Shown here in pieces: positions 22,212 to 35,992 of a stretch of 64,000 bases of DNA. The DNA lies in assembly GCA_973895155.1 (NCBI GenBank), contig OZ316894.1:12068828-12132827 (forward strand), in the 5' to 3' direction. The notes beneath the pieces are model-generated. The model was given only the letters and a program-made list of their open reading frames with translations. It was not told the origin of the DNA and did no database searches. Each line of letters opens with the position of its first letter. The first letter of the stretch is position 1. Source of the stretch: Marsupella aquatica (Eukaryota; Plantae; Marchantiophyta). The position numbers were made by a program, and so were the translations under genes.

Positions 22212-25200
22212 ATGGCAATCTCCAGGGGAGTACTGCTGCCAGTGAAGAATTGCCAGGACAGAATGTTCCAACAGGTCTTGGCGGGTTGTTCCAAGACGAC
22301 CACGATTCCATCCTTTTCCTGCTCAAGATCGAAGCTCTTCGACGATGTCCCTTTCTCTGATTATGCTGCACTTCGGCGTCTGTCTTCTTCTTGCCTACGT
22401 AATTTGCCGTCTTCGGTCCTCGTCCGATGTTCGAACGAGTCGGTGTCTTGCGAAGGTTCACATCTCTCACATAGAACCGACTCTGGGAAGACTCTGTTAC
22501 CTGAGGCAGCTCAGCAGGAACCGATCAGGACTCTGCTCCTGGATAATTACGACAGCTACACGTATAATCTCTTCCAGTTGCTGTCCGTCATCAATGGAGG
22601 TGTGTCAAGCAGTCTTTTGTTAAATCTCAGAGCTTAATCACGTTCAGAATTCATGGCACTGAGTAGATTACCTATCAGGAAAATCCTTAAATTACAATAT
22701 CTTCTGAATGGCATGGTTGTGAAGGCGTCAAATGGGATTATGGGGATTTATGTCAGAGCTTGGTATCTCAAACTCTCTGCCCGGTGGGACTTGTGTAAGA
22801 CTGAATGCCGAAAAGCAGGATGGGATGATGAATTGGAGATTCGCTATCAGTAACGAGAGCGTGACTAATTTTCCTCAGTAGATAAACTGTTCCTTGTTTA
22901 GGAGGAGGCTGTAGTTTTTATCCTAAGTAGGCTATTCCTATTCTAGGAGGTGAGAATGAAACTGAACCGGTTCGAATCTGAAGTGGCGATAGCTACTATG
23001 ATGATCAGTCAGTGCACCGCTGGTTATTTAGTTGGCGACATCTTTTTGTTCTTTTAATCTGTTAGACAACGAAGGCCGCAGTTTGCTTCAGTTTCCCTGC
23101 TTCCTAACTAGGTTCTTAATTGCAGTTGCACCTGTCGTACTGAGGAACGATGCTATAACATGGGATGATCTATATCGCCTACTTTATGAAGAACGAGCTT
23201 TTCACAACGTCGTCATCTCCCCAGGGCCTGGATCGCCAACATGTCCTTCAGATGTTGGTAACCCACTTCTCTTTGACCCGACCCATGTTCTTGCCTTCAG
23301 AATTCTCTTTGATCTTGAACGAGGTGTCCAATTCTTAATTGTGCCGAATCAAAAACCATGGTAGGCTCTACATGGATAGAGGTTTCTTCCACTAGGATCA
23401 ACCTCAATCTGCCACATTGAAGCATATTGGGAATGATTGCTTTGGGTTCTACGCAGGGACTACATCAAATGGTAGTCTTCTGGAATAGTTCAGGCATAGG
23501 GTTTAGGGTTTATCCTGGCCATCTTTTCCCTGGATTGAAGTTTTGCTAGTTGTTTGTTCTGTTTGGATATGTAGAAAGTCTTCTGCAAGTGCCCGACGTG
23601 TTTTTTAATTGATGGTGGGACGATTGTAGGGATTTGTGCGCAGCTATTGCGGGAGTGCCATGACATTCCAATTCTCGGAGTCTGCCTCGGCCATCAGGTT
23701 TTATGTCGTACACGTTGCTTCTGTCATCGTCTCTGAGCACTTTTCTTATTACATCATATTGTAGAATGGTTTCTACAATATGATGCTGTCCGTGTAGACG
23801 TCGAGGTTTTGTGAGCATATTTCGTTGGCTGCTTTCTCTAAGGATTCATTTTATTGTTGCAGGCGTTGTGTTGTGTCCATGGGGCTCAGATAATGCATGC
23901 CCCGGAACCTGTACATGGTCGACTCAGGTGAGTTTGTTCTTTGAATTTTTCGCACGATTTCATGTGGCATGAGAATTGTTTCCAGCTTCAGTCCTCTGGT
24001 TCGAGAACTTTTTATTTTAAGTGTAGGGTTTCAGGGAACACCTTCGCATTCTCACAGGTCTGGAAGAGAACTTCTCTAAACTCAGTTAAGCTGAGTGACT
24101 AGAATCGAGTTGAGTAAGAGTCATCATATAAAAGATTACCTTTCTGTTGGTTGTAAGTAGATGAGTTCAATTTCTGACTAAGTTGCAGGTGTGCCATGCA
24201 GTGAAATTGAACATACAGGACATCCGCTGTTTGCAAACATCCCGTCTGGAGTGAACTCAGGCTTCAAGGTCTGGTGAACAATAATGTCTAGAGGGATATT
24301 TCTAGCCATTACCCTTCGACCAGTGTTGTAGATGCTCCTTCAAAATCTGGCATTGCATTCGCTGCTTCCTCTTTTCAATGCATTGGGACTTTCGTTTATC
24401 AATCGGATTTTGTTTTCAATAATCTCTTGCTGTTAATGCGAGAGAAGCATGTGTGTTGAGATCTCCGGTCTTCTCTTGGTTGTTCAGGTTGTTCGATACC
24501 ATTCACTTATAATTGATGCTACCACACTCCCGGAATGCCTGGTTCCTACTGCCTGGACTGTCGCTGATGGTGGAGCAGTGGGATTGGAAGGTTGGGAAGA
24601 TAGTTTCAATACAGCAAATTCTGCATTTGCCAGTGAAGGTCCGTTATGGCAGGGTGGAGATAATATCGGACATCCAGAGGGAACGAGAGACACCTTCTCT
24701 GACAGGAAGCGTGTCACAAAATTATTAATGGGTGTTTCTCACCGGAACTGGCCACATCACGGTGTTCAAGTATGTCGTTGCTTAACTTAGATTGATGTTT
24801 AGCTCTCTGTGGGTAGATAGGTGTGACTTTCGTATATGAATTGCAGTATTGAACCCAAATTATAGGGTTTTTGTTTGGCAAAAGTTTGAAAGCTATAACT
24901 GGGACTCGGGAAATTGTGGGGTGGGGGGGAGCGGGCGGTGCTGATGTTGTCTACAATTGTACCTAAGATCATACTTCCACTGGTTTGGTCTGTTAGTTTC
25001 ATCCAGAAAGTGTGGCAACAGCTTATGGGAAGCAGATTCTTCTGAACTTTCAAGAATTGACTTTCAAATTTTGGAAAGATCAGCTGTGGCGACCTAAAAC
25101 TGCGGTAACAAGTCAGTCCTTGTGAATGCCGTTAATTGACGTTAGTGGTTCTTTCGCTTCTTGCATTGCCTCTCAGGACCTGGGTAGTCTATCAACTTGA

Positions 25201-28200
25201 CAACTCTGCGTTAGTCCAAGATTGCTGACGGAGGACATGTCTAGTGTAGATGGGCAGTCTGTTGTGAAAGTCCGTGTTTTGGTTTGCCCGTCCACTTTCT
25301 GTATGTCATGTATGGATTGGCTTAGGCACGGAAAATGCAAGCTGGGTTATTTGTCACTGCTAGAAGCAAAGATGTCACAGGAACTGAAAGGTCTTTATGT
25401 CCTTTCTTGGTTGATCAGAACTCTGGTGATTCAGCTGCACTGCACTCCAAGAGGGGTCAGTCTTGTTCACCCAAAGGCAAGGGAGGTCGGGGAGAGGCAA
25501 GTATTTCTATGATCTATTCTAGGGAGCCTGCGAGGGAGACCAAACACTCGAGACTCCATTGGCAGAAACTTCCAGGGGTTTTAGCAAGGGCAGGTGGCTC
25601 CAGGACCCTGTTTTGCAAACTCTTTGCTGAAGAAGCTGCAGAGGATACGTTTTGGCTGGACAGTTCCACGCAGGAGCAGGTATCATTTTGGGCTATTGTA
25701 TGCCGAAGCTTGGCCTGTACCTTTTACGATTTCGTGGAGGAAGAAATGTGTCTGAGCGTGACTTAGAGACGATGGGCTCCTCTTTCTCTCTCTATCTCTC
25801 AGAAAATTGATTCCCGATCTCTAGCAAAGTGTTCATCGAGAGAAGCAGTCGTTGGAGTGAATCAGCGCAGCCATGTGAAGCTAGCACTTAAATGTCTGCA
25901 GTGCTGAGATTGGTGCCTTGATTCATGGTAACAGGGGAGGGCTCGGTTCTCTTTTATGGGTGGACGAGGTGGACCTTTGTGGCAACGGATTACATATCAT
26001 ATCACTCATGATAGCATGTGAGTAATGCAGGAGTTCGCAAAGTTCCTCGTGTTTAACAATGAAACAGTGAGGATCAGACTGAAAATTTACTAAAGCTTAT
26101 GGCACAACGACTGAATTAACCAGCAAAATTCGGAAAATGAGAAGATTTTGTCTATCTAAAGTTGTTGCAGACGTCCTTCAATATCACACTATTGAGACTA
26201 AGGAACGTCACTCCTTTGTTAGAAGGCTTGCTTGAGAAACTTGGAGCATAGTGATTATCGTTAGATGAAATGCGAAGAGGTGGAGAGGCCACTTAGGGGG
26301 AAGTTCATTATATATGGTCTTATGCAGGTGTGATACGCGTGGTGGAGTTCTCAAGCTTCAAAATGCAGGCGGACAAGTCAGAGAAGCAGTCATACGCGAT
26401 GGCTTTCTCGATTTCCTTAATAGGGTATGAGTCTCATTCCCCCTCTACGCTTTTTGATTGCCTCTGGGTTGAGGATGACAAAAATATGCATTTAGTTCCG
26501 ATCACCAGGCTCTTCATTGGATGAAAGTGGATGTGGGTATACTTTTAAGTTAAAGACATTAGTTGGTTGAGCCTTTCCGGCTCGTTGGTTTGATGCTGAT
26601 CATCTTTTTGTATTAGGAACTTGAACTGCGGCAGTGTAGAGCAGAGGACTACGCAGGCCTGCCCTTTGACTTTTGTGGAGGTTTCGTTGGGTACTTGGGG
26701 TGTGTGGTTCTTCTTTGTCCGCTTTCAGTTCTCTGAGGTGCATGCAATTAGTCTCAGTAAAAATCCTAGAATTGATGTGGCCTAGAATTATTTTCATTAT
26801 TATTTTTGAATGTTTCCTCTGCAATCCTTATCTAGAACAACAACTTACAAGCAAAATGTCCAGAAATTCTATTGACCTTGTCAGACCGTTAATTTTTCAT
26901 CTTTTCATTATTTTAGCACCTTGATATTATGCAGATATGAGCTGAAAGTGGAATGCGGGGCTGAGTCAAATCACCAGAAGTCATCAATGCCCGATGCTGG
27001 CATGTTTCTGGCGGACCGGGTAGTAGTCATTGATCATAGCAACGATGACGTTTATGTTCTGGCTTTATTTGAAGACGGAGATATCTGCCCTTCATCTGGA
27101 CCAATCTCCAATTATTCAGACGTTTCTTATTCTCTCAAGAGGGATAGTTCTTCCTCAGCGACGGTGTCTGTTTGTAATGGAAGTGAGAAAGAGGAAGAGT
27201 TGTCTGGATTGGGTAGTCGTTCGGCGGGAAGCCATCTTCAAGGTGGTCGAACGAGGCTAGCAGGGGGGACAGGTGACGGTGAAAGGAGTGTGGCAGAAGC
27301 ATGGGTGGAGGAAATTGTAAGAAACGTAAATAATCTGGCCCGGCAAGATCTACACAAAGCAAGTGAGCGAATGCACCATGTGAGCTTAGTGTCTTCCCTG
27401 CGCACCACATCAGAAAATGTCCAGCCTCCATTTGTTGCAGAAAAGTCTGAAATTGAATACATGAAGGACGTGAAGAGATGTCAAGAGTTCATCAGGGACG
27501 GGGAGAGCTACGAGGTCTGCTTGACAACGCAATTCCGGAGGAAACTAGCGAAAGCTGATTGTTTAGGACTCTATCTGACTCTAAGAGACACCAATCCAGC
27601 TCCATACTCGTCTTGGCTGCACTTTGGGAAGGATGGACCTTGTATTTGTAGCTCATCACCCGAGCGCTTTTTACAGTTGGATCAGAAGGGTATACTGGAG
27701 GCAAAGCCCATCAAAGGGACTACAGCAAGGGGTAACACCACTGTAGAAGATGAAAGACTGAAATATGAGCTGCAACACAGGTCTGCTTCTATAACAAAAT
27801 CAGACCCACTGTTCTTTTTAGTTTTCCTTGTTTATAATACTCCGAGAAGAGTGAATAGTATCATTGACGAGGTGAATCTTTTGCTTTTTGCAGCGAGAAG
27901 GACCAAGCAGAGAATTTGATGATTGTGGACCTCTTGAGAAATGATCTGGGTAGAGTATGTGAGCCTGGGACAGTCCATGTGCCAAGTCTCATGGCTGTTG
28001 AGTCATATTCTACGGTCCATACCATGGTCAGTACAATTAGAGGGAACAAAAGATCGGATATGACTCCAGTGGATTGTGTCAGAGCAGCCTTTCCAGGAGG
28101 TTCCATGACGGGAGCACCCAAATTGCGAACGATGGAAATTATTGATTCACTTGAGAGCTCTTCACGAGGAGTATATTCAGGATCTATCGGGTATTTTTCG

Positions 28201-28434
28201 TTTAATTCATGTTTTGACCTAAATATTGTGATTAGGACTTTAGTTATTCATGAAGACGAGGCCTCTTTGGGCGCTGGTGGGGCTGTCATCGCTCTTTCAG
28301 ATCCAGCAGCTGAGTATGAGGAGATGCTCTTGAAGACAAAAGCTCCTATGAGGGCAGTTAGTAAGTATGAGAACGATTCGAAGGTACAAAATATCACAGA
28401 TCAACGAGGACCTTTTGTGCCCCTGGGACTGTGA
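22212..28434 (+). CDS. ADCS: Aminodeoxychorismate synthase, plastid-targeted PabA-PabB fusion (folate/pABA synthesis)
   Basis: 13 in-frame exons: 22212-22599, 23126-23257, 23630-23697, 23863-23927, 24202-24268, 24488-24769, 24997-25104, 25326-25679, 25935-26017, 26328-26424, 26617-26699, 26935-27780, 27894-28434. GATase motifs [38 protein letters not shown]; chorismate-binding motifs [45 protein letters not shown]. Confidence 0.97.
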
Positions 28435-28595
28435 TCGTGCTTGACAGCTATGATGAACAGGGTGCAGTTTGTATAGTTTCATGAGCATCTTCTGACTAGT
28501 ATTTAATCTCATTAGGAGAGTGATATTCTTTCAAACAAGTTCTAGACGGGACACAAAGTGCAGAGACAAACCACGTCAATTGGTTTGTTAAACTG

Positions 28596-28797
28596 AACGC
28601 GATTAGATTTTTCCAATTGAATTTACACCGGGTGTTGGCGAACCTCCAAATTCAGATATGGTAGAATTGCCAAGGACAGGAAAGCCTGTAAAGCGTAGTG
28701 AACGCGATTAGATTTTTCCAATTATATTTACACCGGGTGTTGGCGAACCACCAAATTCAGATATTGTCGAAAAATAGCCAAGGACAGGAAAGCCTGT
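28596..28797. repeat. ~105-bp tandem duplication downstream of ADCS
   Basis: TGAACGCGATTAGATTTTT...GCCAAGGACAGGAAAGCCTGT present twice. Confidence 0.85.
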
Positions 28798-29098
28798 GCA
28801 AAATTGTAGAGGCTGCTTTGGTGCAGCAACAATTGTGAAGCAGTTCGAGAAGCATACTGCTCGGAAGGAATGGATGTTACAGACCTGGCCGAGCAGTGGA
28901 AACGGAAGGAACCTGACAGAAGACCAAGGTGGAGCTGGGAAAGGATTTTAAATCTTTGAACAAGGTTGCCGAAATTTCGTAGTGCTCGTGGGTAGACCTC
29001 CTAGAGGCCAAGATGCATGCTCTTGAACTGCAAACTTTCCAGGCCAGTTAAGTGAGCCACAGAATTGAAAGCCTTAGCTTGGAGATTCTATTTCCCTG

Positions 29099-29185
29099 GA
29101 AAAGTGACACACTTCCTGTATTGGTCTGAAAAGTGACACTTCCTGTATTGGTCTGAAAAGTGACACACTTCCTGTATTGGTCTGA
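29099..29185. repeat. Three ~29-bp tandem units (GAAAAGTGACA(CA)CTTCCTGTATTGGTCT)
   Basis: Direct observation. Confidence 0.9.
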
Positions 29186-30039
29186 TCTCTTACTGGAAAG
29201 GGTGAACAGTATGTGCCACTTTCTTGTGAACTTAGTTTCAAGGATGTAAGTAAAGAAACTTTCAGTCACATAACATGTCAAGGGACTGAAAGCAAAGACT
29301 GGCCCCTCATCTCGAGCACTTTCTTATAACCAATTTTCAGTACCATATGTGTGAAGTCGAAGACTGACAGCTCCTCATCTGGATAACTCTTCTTGTATGA
29401 CTTGTCAGAAACGGGTGTTGCTTTCGTGTGCTGGAGCCAACCCATACATGGAAGAACTTCATGAAGTTCAAATTATCATCGAACCATACCCAGAATGACA
29501 AACATGGTTCATCTGATTTACTTGAACATTATGGCCATGCCTTTCGTGGTAGTAAACACTCGTATATTCAAATACTGCTGGTAGTTACCGTTGACAGGAA
29601 ATGAGCTTATTCGCGAAGCCAAATAAGCAATAATTTGTAAAAGGGGGAAACTCGTCACCATCATGGAATCTTAACTCACCTATCAAAAGAGTGCAACTCC
29701 CTGGTGAAGATTACAATCAATCTCCTAAATATTCACCTGGGAAACGGACTTTTGTAGAGCAACGATCTCTGTAAATGATGTGAATGCATGATCACCTATC
29801 ACATAAGATCTAAGTCCTGAAATTCTCTCTGGAAGGAATGCCTTTTGCCTCTTTCTCTCTTGCTGCAACCTCTTTGTGCCTGGCCCCAGAAGGGAAAGCC
29901 AAGTGTCCCTCACCTCCAATGAATCGTAGACATATGGTTGGCTTGCTCTCCATTAAATTAAGTTATTGCACTTACAAGGACAGGTCTTGACCATTCTTCC
30001 CCTTCTAGGCCATAGCGTTGCGCATCTCCTCTCGCAAAC

Positions 30040-33000
30040 TTAGCCCTCCATCTCAATCTCGACCTCAGGTAAGTTCCAGATGTCTTCTTCCATAGCTTGT
30101 TTCGATATGGAACCAAGAGGTGGTACTGTGGACAAATCAAATAACGTCAAGGTTTCGGAGCAACCACAACATGAACTTGCGAACATGCCGAACATGCTAA
30201 GTTGAGCCACAGGTGCTTGCATTGATCTCATTTCATCTGTAGTTCTGGAAATTGCTCCAAATCCCTGCAATCTAGCTGACATCGAAGATATGAGCATATA
30301 CCTTGTACTGATGGGCCGCCGACATCCTTTTGGCCCCTATGTCGACTGTGTTGCAATTCTCTGTGAATTTCAGGAGTAACCTAGGACAGAAGCAGATCAT
30401 ACACGAGAACATTCGAAACGCAAATTATTTATCCGAACAGGGAACCGCTTGCTCTGAAGTCGAGATGAAGACAAAATATTTGCACTCAGTCATCTGTGTG
30501 GACTATACCTGAAATCTATCGTCCGTACTACATCTAGACAACTGTCACCTAACACAGAGTCCCAATCTGACCCGACAAAGTTGGCTGGAACCAAATTTAC
30601 ACCCCAGCTAGCAAACAATTTTTTTTTCATGTACCAGATAGTGACGGTGCTGGCGCATCACCCTCTTCAAGTTTTCCTTGTCCTCTTCACTCAACTCGTT
30701 TTTATACCTGAAGTTACATCACAAAAATCGCAATTTAAACCCTTGCTGCACAGCCAACTGCAACACATTGCCTTCTGTGGGGGGAGGGGGGGAATTCTGA
30801 TGAAGTAACAACATCACGGAAACCGACTTGAAGCACCAGGGGCTGAACTATTCTCATTAGAAGAAACAAACAAACCGGTATCTAGAAATTTCAGGCTCCA
30901 CAAATTTTTATGGATTTACCGGAAGCTTGTTTCTTCACCTTTGCACAAATGTCAGTAAACATTGATGCCAGATGACAGGAAGATCCCTTTCTTCATCCGC
31001 AAACTGCACGAAATGTGCAACCATGCCATCAAGTACCCTGTAGGGTAATGCATATTTCTTGTTCATCAACAATTTCATGAAGTAACTGTATACAAGCACA
31101 CGAACACCAAAGGGAAAGAATTAGTACCGCAAAAATTGCACATACATGCCAAAACAGAATTACAGTGAGAACAAGCACACGAACACCAAAGGGAAAGAAT
31201 TAGTACCGCAAAAATTGGACAGACATGCCAAACAGAATTACAGTGAGAACAAGAACTCAATGTGCCACGGTATAATACCTGGTGGTGCCACAATATTCCA
31301 TCTCTGACATCTTCAAGAGAGCGACACTGTCGACACAGAAAGAGTCAAGCAGTTAGACCTCTCTGAATTCTAAATAAAACTTTGGGGACAAGACAAAGCT
31401 GTGTCAGCGACATAGAGAAAAATCGCTAAATCCCATCAGAAGTCTTCCTTAAGTGAAATAATAGCACATATGTGAAGCTAGAAGCCTTCTCCCACCAAAG
31501 TTGAGAAACAATACCTGGAGTGTAGGACGGGGATGGATACCTTCTCAATTACGCTTCCGATAATAACAGCTTCACGTAGATTACAGGTTCGTGACTGAGA
31601 GTGCGAATATTTGAAGATCAGTTTTCATCAGGACGATAGAAAAAAAACTTATCTAAGAGTCGTGCAATCACCAGATGTTGAGGTAAAAATCTCAAAAACG
31701 TTGGGAAATTCAAGACATCTCGCTACAGTAAAGCACCACCATTATCATCAGCTGCAACCGCAAGCTAAGACGAGGATTCCACCTGACAAAGTGGAAGAAG
31801 AATGCCTTTGTAGAACGCAGACGGTTTAAACATGGCTTTCTTCAATGCTTGATATGTGGCAAAGTGCAGCCGCTTGTGTTCTTGTATATCCTCTCGTACA
31901 TGAGGTAGGAGAACCAAATTGTAAAATCTCTGCGCCATGCGTGCATTTAGGTTTGAGGCAAACATGCGGGTTGCCTCATACATAGCATTTGGTGTCCACT
32001 TATGTGGTTCAGTTAAGGCGAGGATTTCCTCCCAGTCCGAAAGTGATGGCACAATCTTAAACGCTTTAGGCAGTTTCCCAGCTCGGTATCTGCTCAACAA
32101 TTTTCCAACCCTGCATCCTTGAGAGGCATTGCAAAGGAGCATGTTAAATCCAGCATATCGACAAACTCCAGATAGCACCAAGGGTCTACTAAGACATCCC
32201 TTGAATACTGTTCCATTTAATTGTGAACGACATCACTCTCACAGTATCATTGCATCAAGATCTATGGAATTTATTTCTCGAAAATGACGTCTACGAATTA
32301 TTGACTCCTCTTAAAGTTGGAAAGGAATGGAAGGGACAGTGTCTGTTGAGGACTGAAACTCACCCTGTATAAACCTCAGTGACTTTTGCGTCTAAAACAG
32401 GCGCCTTGCCTCCTGTTACAAAAGAATGAACTTTTAGAAGGACAGTCCACGATCTGTGGACTTCATTTATACAGTTGAAATGCTGAATTCATTTCTCCCG
32501 GGGACTTGCTCATAGAAGATCACCACCGAATCTAAGCACCTAGATCACTCAACCATATTAAGAGTGTTCGCCACTTCGAGATACATTCCGAGGTGCTGCC
32601 TACTTTTACCAGATAAGAATGTATTTCCTTCAAATGATATCCAAGATGGCACATGCGCTTCATTGAGCACAGACAACAACTTGAAAGTCAGGGCCATAAA
32701 CATTCATTCGACGAACCTGCATTTTCTGCTTCTGAGTTACCGGCATCTTTCTCCTGAATTCGCTGCATAATCATGTCAGCTAGTGTGCGCTGGGGTCCGG
32801 CATCAGCTGCCATGAACATGGCCATGATTTTCTCTTCTTCTTCGGAGATCTCCTGCAGTCAAATTCCACAGTTTCAGGTTCACTCTTATAGGAAACTATG
32901 AGAGGCCTTTCGAAATGCTGGTATCATGAGGATCAGTATCTGCCCACAGATGAGGACGAATTCAAGAACTGGAGTTCTGCCGACTATTGAAAAGGTTTAG

Positions 33001-33502
33001 TACCTCAATCTCTTCCAAAGGAGCCTCAGTGTCGGAAAATCCTCCACCCTCTTCGTCATCACTGTCAATTTCATCACTAGTTTTTTTATTGACTGCAACA
33101 GTGGAGAAGGCTCTCCGGGCTGCGGCCAGCCCAGTTTCTTCGTCCCTGAATGAGAGCATCCATAACATCTCATTTAGTTTCTCAGTTCTAAATTGAAATG
33201 TCTCCAGTCAAAAGCTTTCTGACGGACGCTTTGCGCGAGACAAACCTTTCGTGCTCAATTTCCTGTTGCTGGCGCCTTGCCTCCGCCAAAATCTTGTTAC
33301 TCGTTTTCGGATTCACATAATCTTCAGTCTCTTGCACTTTGCGATTCTTTCCCGATTTCGTTTTGGCATCAAACTCGTGCGTATCATCCATCTGCTCTGC
33401 CAGGGGGAGTTTGTGCTTGTCTGAGGACCCCTTCTTCCTCTTCCTCACGTTCTGCTCCTTGTCCTTGGGCCTGATTTGCCTCTGCTTCACCTCTCCAACC
33501 AT
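30040..33502 (-). CDS. BYSL: Bystin / ENP1, 40S ribosome biogenesis factor
   Basis: 11 exons, approximately 33502-33246, 33145-33004, 32852-32717, 32412-32364, 32110-31783, 31594-31515, 31326-31279, 31085-30939, 30707-30635, 30380-30302, 30125-30040. Motifs [72 protein letters not shown]. Confidence 0.96.
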
Positions 33503-33649
33503 CGTTACTCTGCACACGAAACTCACATCAACGCTCTGCTACTCGCATGATTTGAAAAAACATGCAGGTCGATTAGGACCGTCACGCTTCAACAAATCTG
33601 TCGAAGCCTTCCAGACTTTCACAGAGAAATCACAGTTCGCTAAAGCAGA

Positions 33650-33668
33650 GGGTTTAGGGTTTAGGGTT
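33650..33668 (-). promoter_or_regulatory. Tandem telo-boxes (AAACCCTA) upstream of the bystin start codon
   Basis: GGGTTTAGGGTTTAGGGTT about 150 bp upstream of the ATG. Telo-boxes are established elements of plant ribosome-biogenesis genes. Confidence 0.65.
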
Positions 33669-34519
33669 GAAGCGTTAGCGTTCGTTCGATCGTGCTCGTG
33701 CCATTCTGCTCACCTTCGGCTTTTCGAGATCGGCTCTTTTGTGGTCGATGCCGTTCCCTCTGATCGGTCGAGGGAGGAGTTCGCTCGCTGCTCCGAATTG
33801 GTGTTGATGACAAGAAGAGCTTGAGAAGAGCGATACTCTCTCGCGAAGAGAATTAGGGGTTCGCACACTCGACTGCGACTGTGAACTACGGACGGCTGCA
33901 CTTCACAGTTTGGTGGTTTTGACGGCGCTCTCCCTCCCGAGTAAAACACAGTCGTCCTTTTGAATAAGGGATAATTGCAAACCCTGACTTATTGCGAGGT
34001 GGAGTATCCTATCGTTTTATTTCTTCGGCTTGCACTTATCATTATTGGAACTAGCCTAATAAATGCACTTGCATTACAAGCTATTGTGAATAGCAAGTGA
34101 TGTTTGGTGATGGTATTGTGATATAGCATTATAGCATGTTCATCAACATTTTTTTTTTTTGTGTAATAAGATGTAATTAATTTATTTTATTTTATGATTA
34201 AAAAATAGGTACATAATGTATATGCCAAAAAAATAATATCTCTTAATTAAGTGTGAATGACATGACACACAAAACCATAAATATACATGCAAAGAAGAGT
34301 ACATTATGACCAAGAAAATACAAAGGTACTAAAGAGTTGTGCACATACAATATATATTTTCACTTGCTTCTAGGTGATGATAGTCAATTCAATTAAAACC
34401 TGTAAATTTTGTAAAGGAAACCTGTAAAGAAAACCATGAGGGGAACTAAGTACACCAGATGTGCACCTTGTTCAAATTCATTTATCTCACTCTCATGAGA
34501 AAAAAGAGAAATCACTAAA

Positions 34520-34730
34520 GGGTGATTGAAAATGAAAGATTAAACATTTATGAGGGAGCCAAATATATTCAAAATACTTTAAGTTCACTAATATTAAAAG
34601 GGGTCCAAAAGGGGTCCAGAAGGGGTCACTAATTCAAAATCAAATTAATACAAATGATTCTCCTTGTTAAAACACATTGAAACCAAAATACTGGACACAA
34701 AATTTGAACAAGACAAATATGAAAGGTGAA
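34520..34730 (+). repeat. Dispersed repeat homologous to ~440-640
   Basis: Shared AAACATTTATGAGGG.AGCCAAAT...TTCAAAATACT.TAAGTTCACTA...AATTCAAAATCAA...GGACACAAAAT...AAGACAAA...TGAAAGGTG. Confidence 0.8.
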
Positions 34731-35719
34731 TAACAAGTGATGTTTGGTAGAAATGTTGTCAAGCATAAGTGAGATGCCCAGGCAGTCAAACATTGAAGGG
34801 AGTTGACAAGCTAACAATTTGGGAGAGTGAAATGATTGGGAGAGTGACGGTTGCACTTTTAATGATTGTAATGAGATCTCCACTAAATGACAAACTATAC
34901 AAATAGGACATACATGTAAGAGCATAGGCTATCCAGAACTCATATGGAGAAATTTATACAATTTTTACATAGAGAAAATGTTGCAGTTATGAGAAAAGAG
35001 ACGTCCTTTAGGAAGGCATAGAGTCCTGCCGGAACATGATGTGGTTGCATCTCTACCGTAGTTAGTGTTGCAGTTATGAGAAAGGAGACGTCGTTTAGGA
35101 TGGGATAGAATCCTGCCTGAACATGATGTGGTAGTTTCTCTGCCGTAGTTTGACACTGTCTGAGGGACTGTAGCTACTTCAGCTACACTGACTACTTCAT
35201 CGCTCCTCCCCTGGCCCTCAAACCCATCCATAGATGCAAAATCAGAGAAAATAAACTTCACCTAGTGCATATCACGTCTAAATGCAAGACCTGTGCTTCT
35301 TCCCAAGTGTGCACTTAGAGAGAAACTAGGACAGGATTCCCCCTCTTTAAATATTTTTGAATCCAAAAACTGGAGTGTATTTTATTAGGAGGATTTGTTT
35401 AGGCCATCTCACATACGAGAAGGCTCTAAGGGCCACACAGGACCCAGCAACAAAACATTATTGCTTACTACAGGTGGAAGACAAAAGACGAATCCAGTAC
35501 AGAGCAAGGCTTGGGTCATCTGAACTGATAAGCATTCCTGATCTTTGGGTGAAGCTGGCAAAGCCTCGCGCTTGTCTGAGAGCAAGGGCCCCAAAGGCTT
35601 GGTACCTGGAATAAGAAACATTACTAATCTTTCTGCCATCAATGCCATGACTGTTTGACACTACTAGCCCAGATACCTGTTCATACAAGTGCTCCCTGAG
35701 CCAAACTGCCATGCCCATC

Positions 35720-35992
35720 CCTACTCACAACCTGAATATAAAAAAAAGTTGTTACCAGAGAAATTCCTGCACTCCGAGTACCTTAACTCCCATGCTTGTC
35801 CCTACTTAGAAGCATAGTCTAAGCATCAAAATCCTGTTACCAGAGAAATTCCTGTGTTCTTCTACCCAGACTCCATGCTTGTCCTTAATCAGAAGCATAG
35901 CCTAAATATAAATATTCTGTTACCAAAAATATTACTAGGGTTTCGTGTACCCATCCTCGTATGCTCATCCCTACTCGCAACCATAGTCTAAA
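35720..35992. repeat. ~83-bp tandem repeat, 3 copies (TGTTACCAGAGAAATTCCTG...CATGCTTGTCC...AGAAGCATAG.CTAA)
   Basis: Direct observation. Confidence 0.75.

Noticed and set aside
23497-23512. Interstitial telomere
   Set aside because: Only two TTTAGGG units inside an intron.
25178-25184. Possible 7-nt microexon in ADCS (CAG|GACCTGG|GT)
   Set aside because: The flanking exons already join in frame without it, and inclusion would shift the frame.
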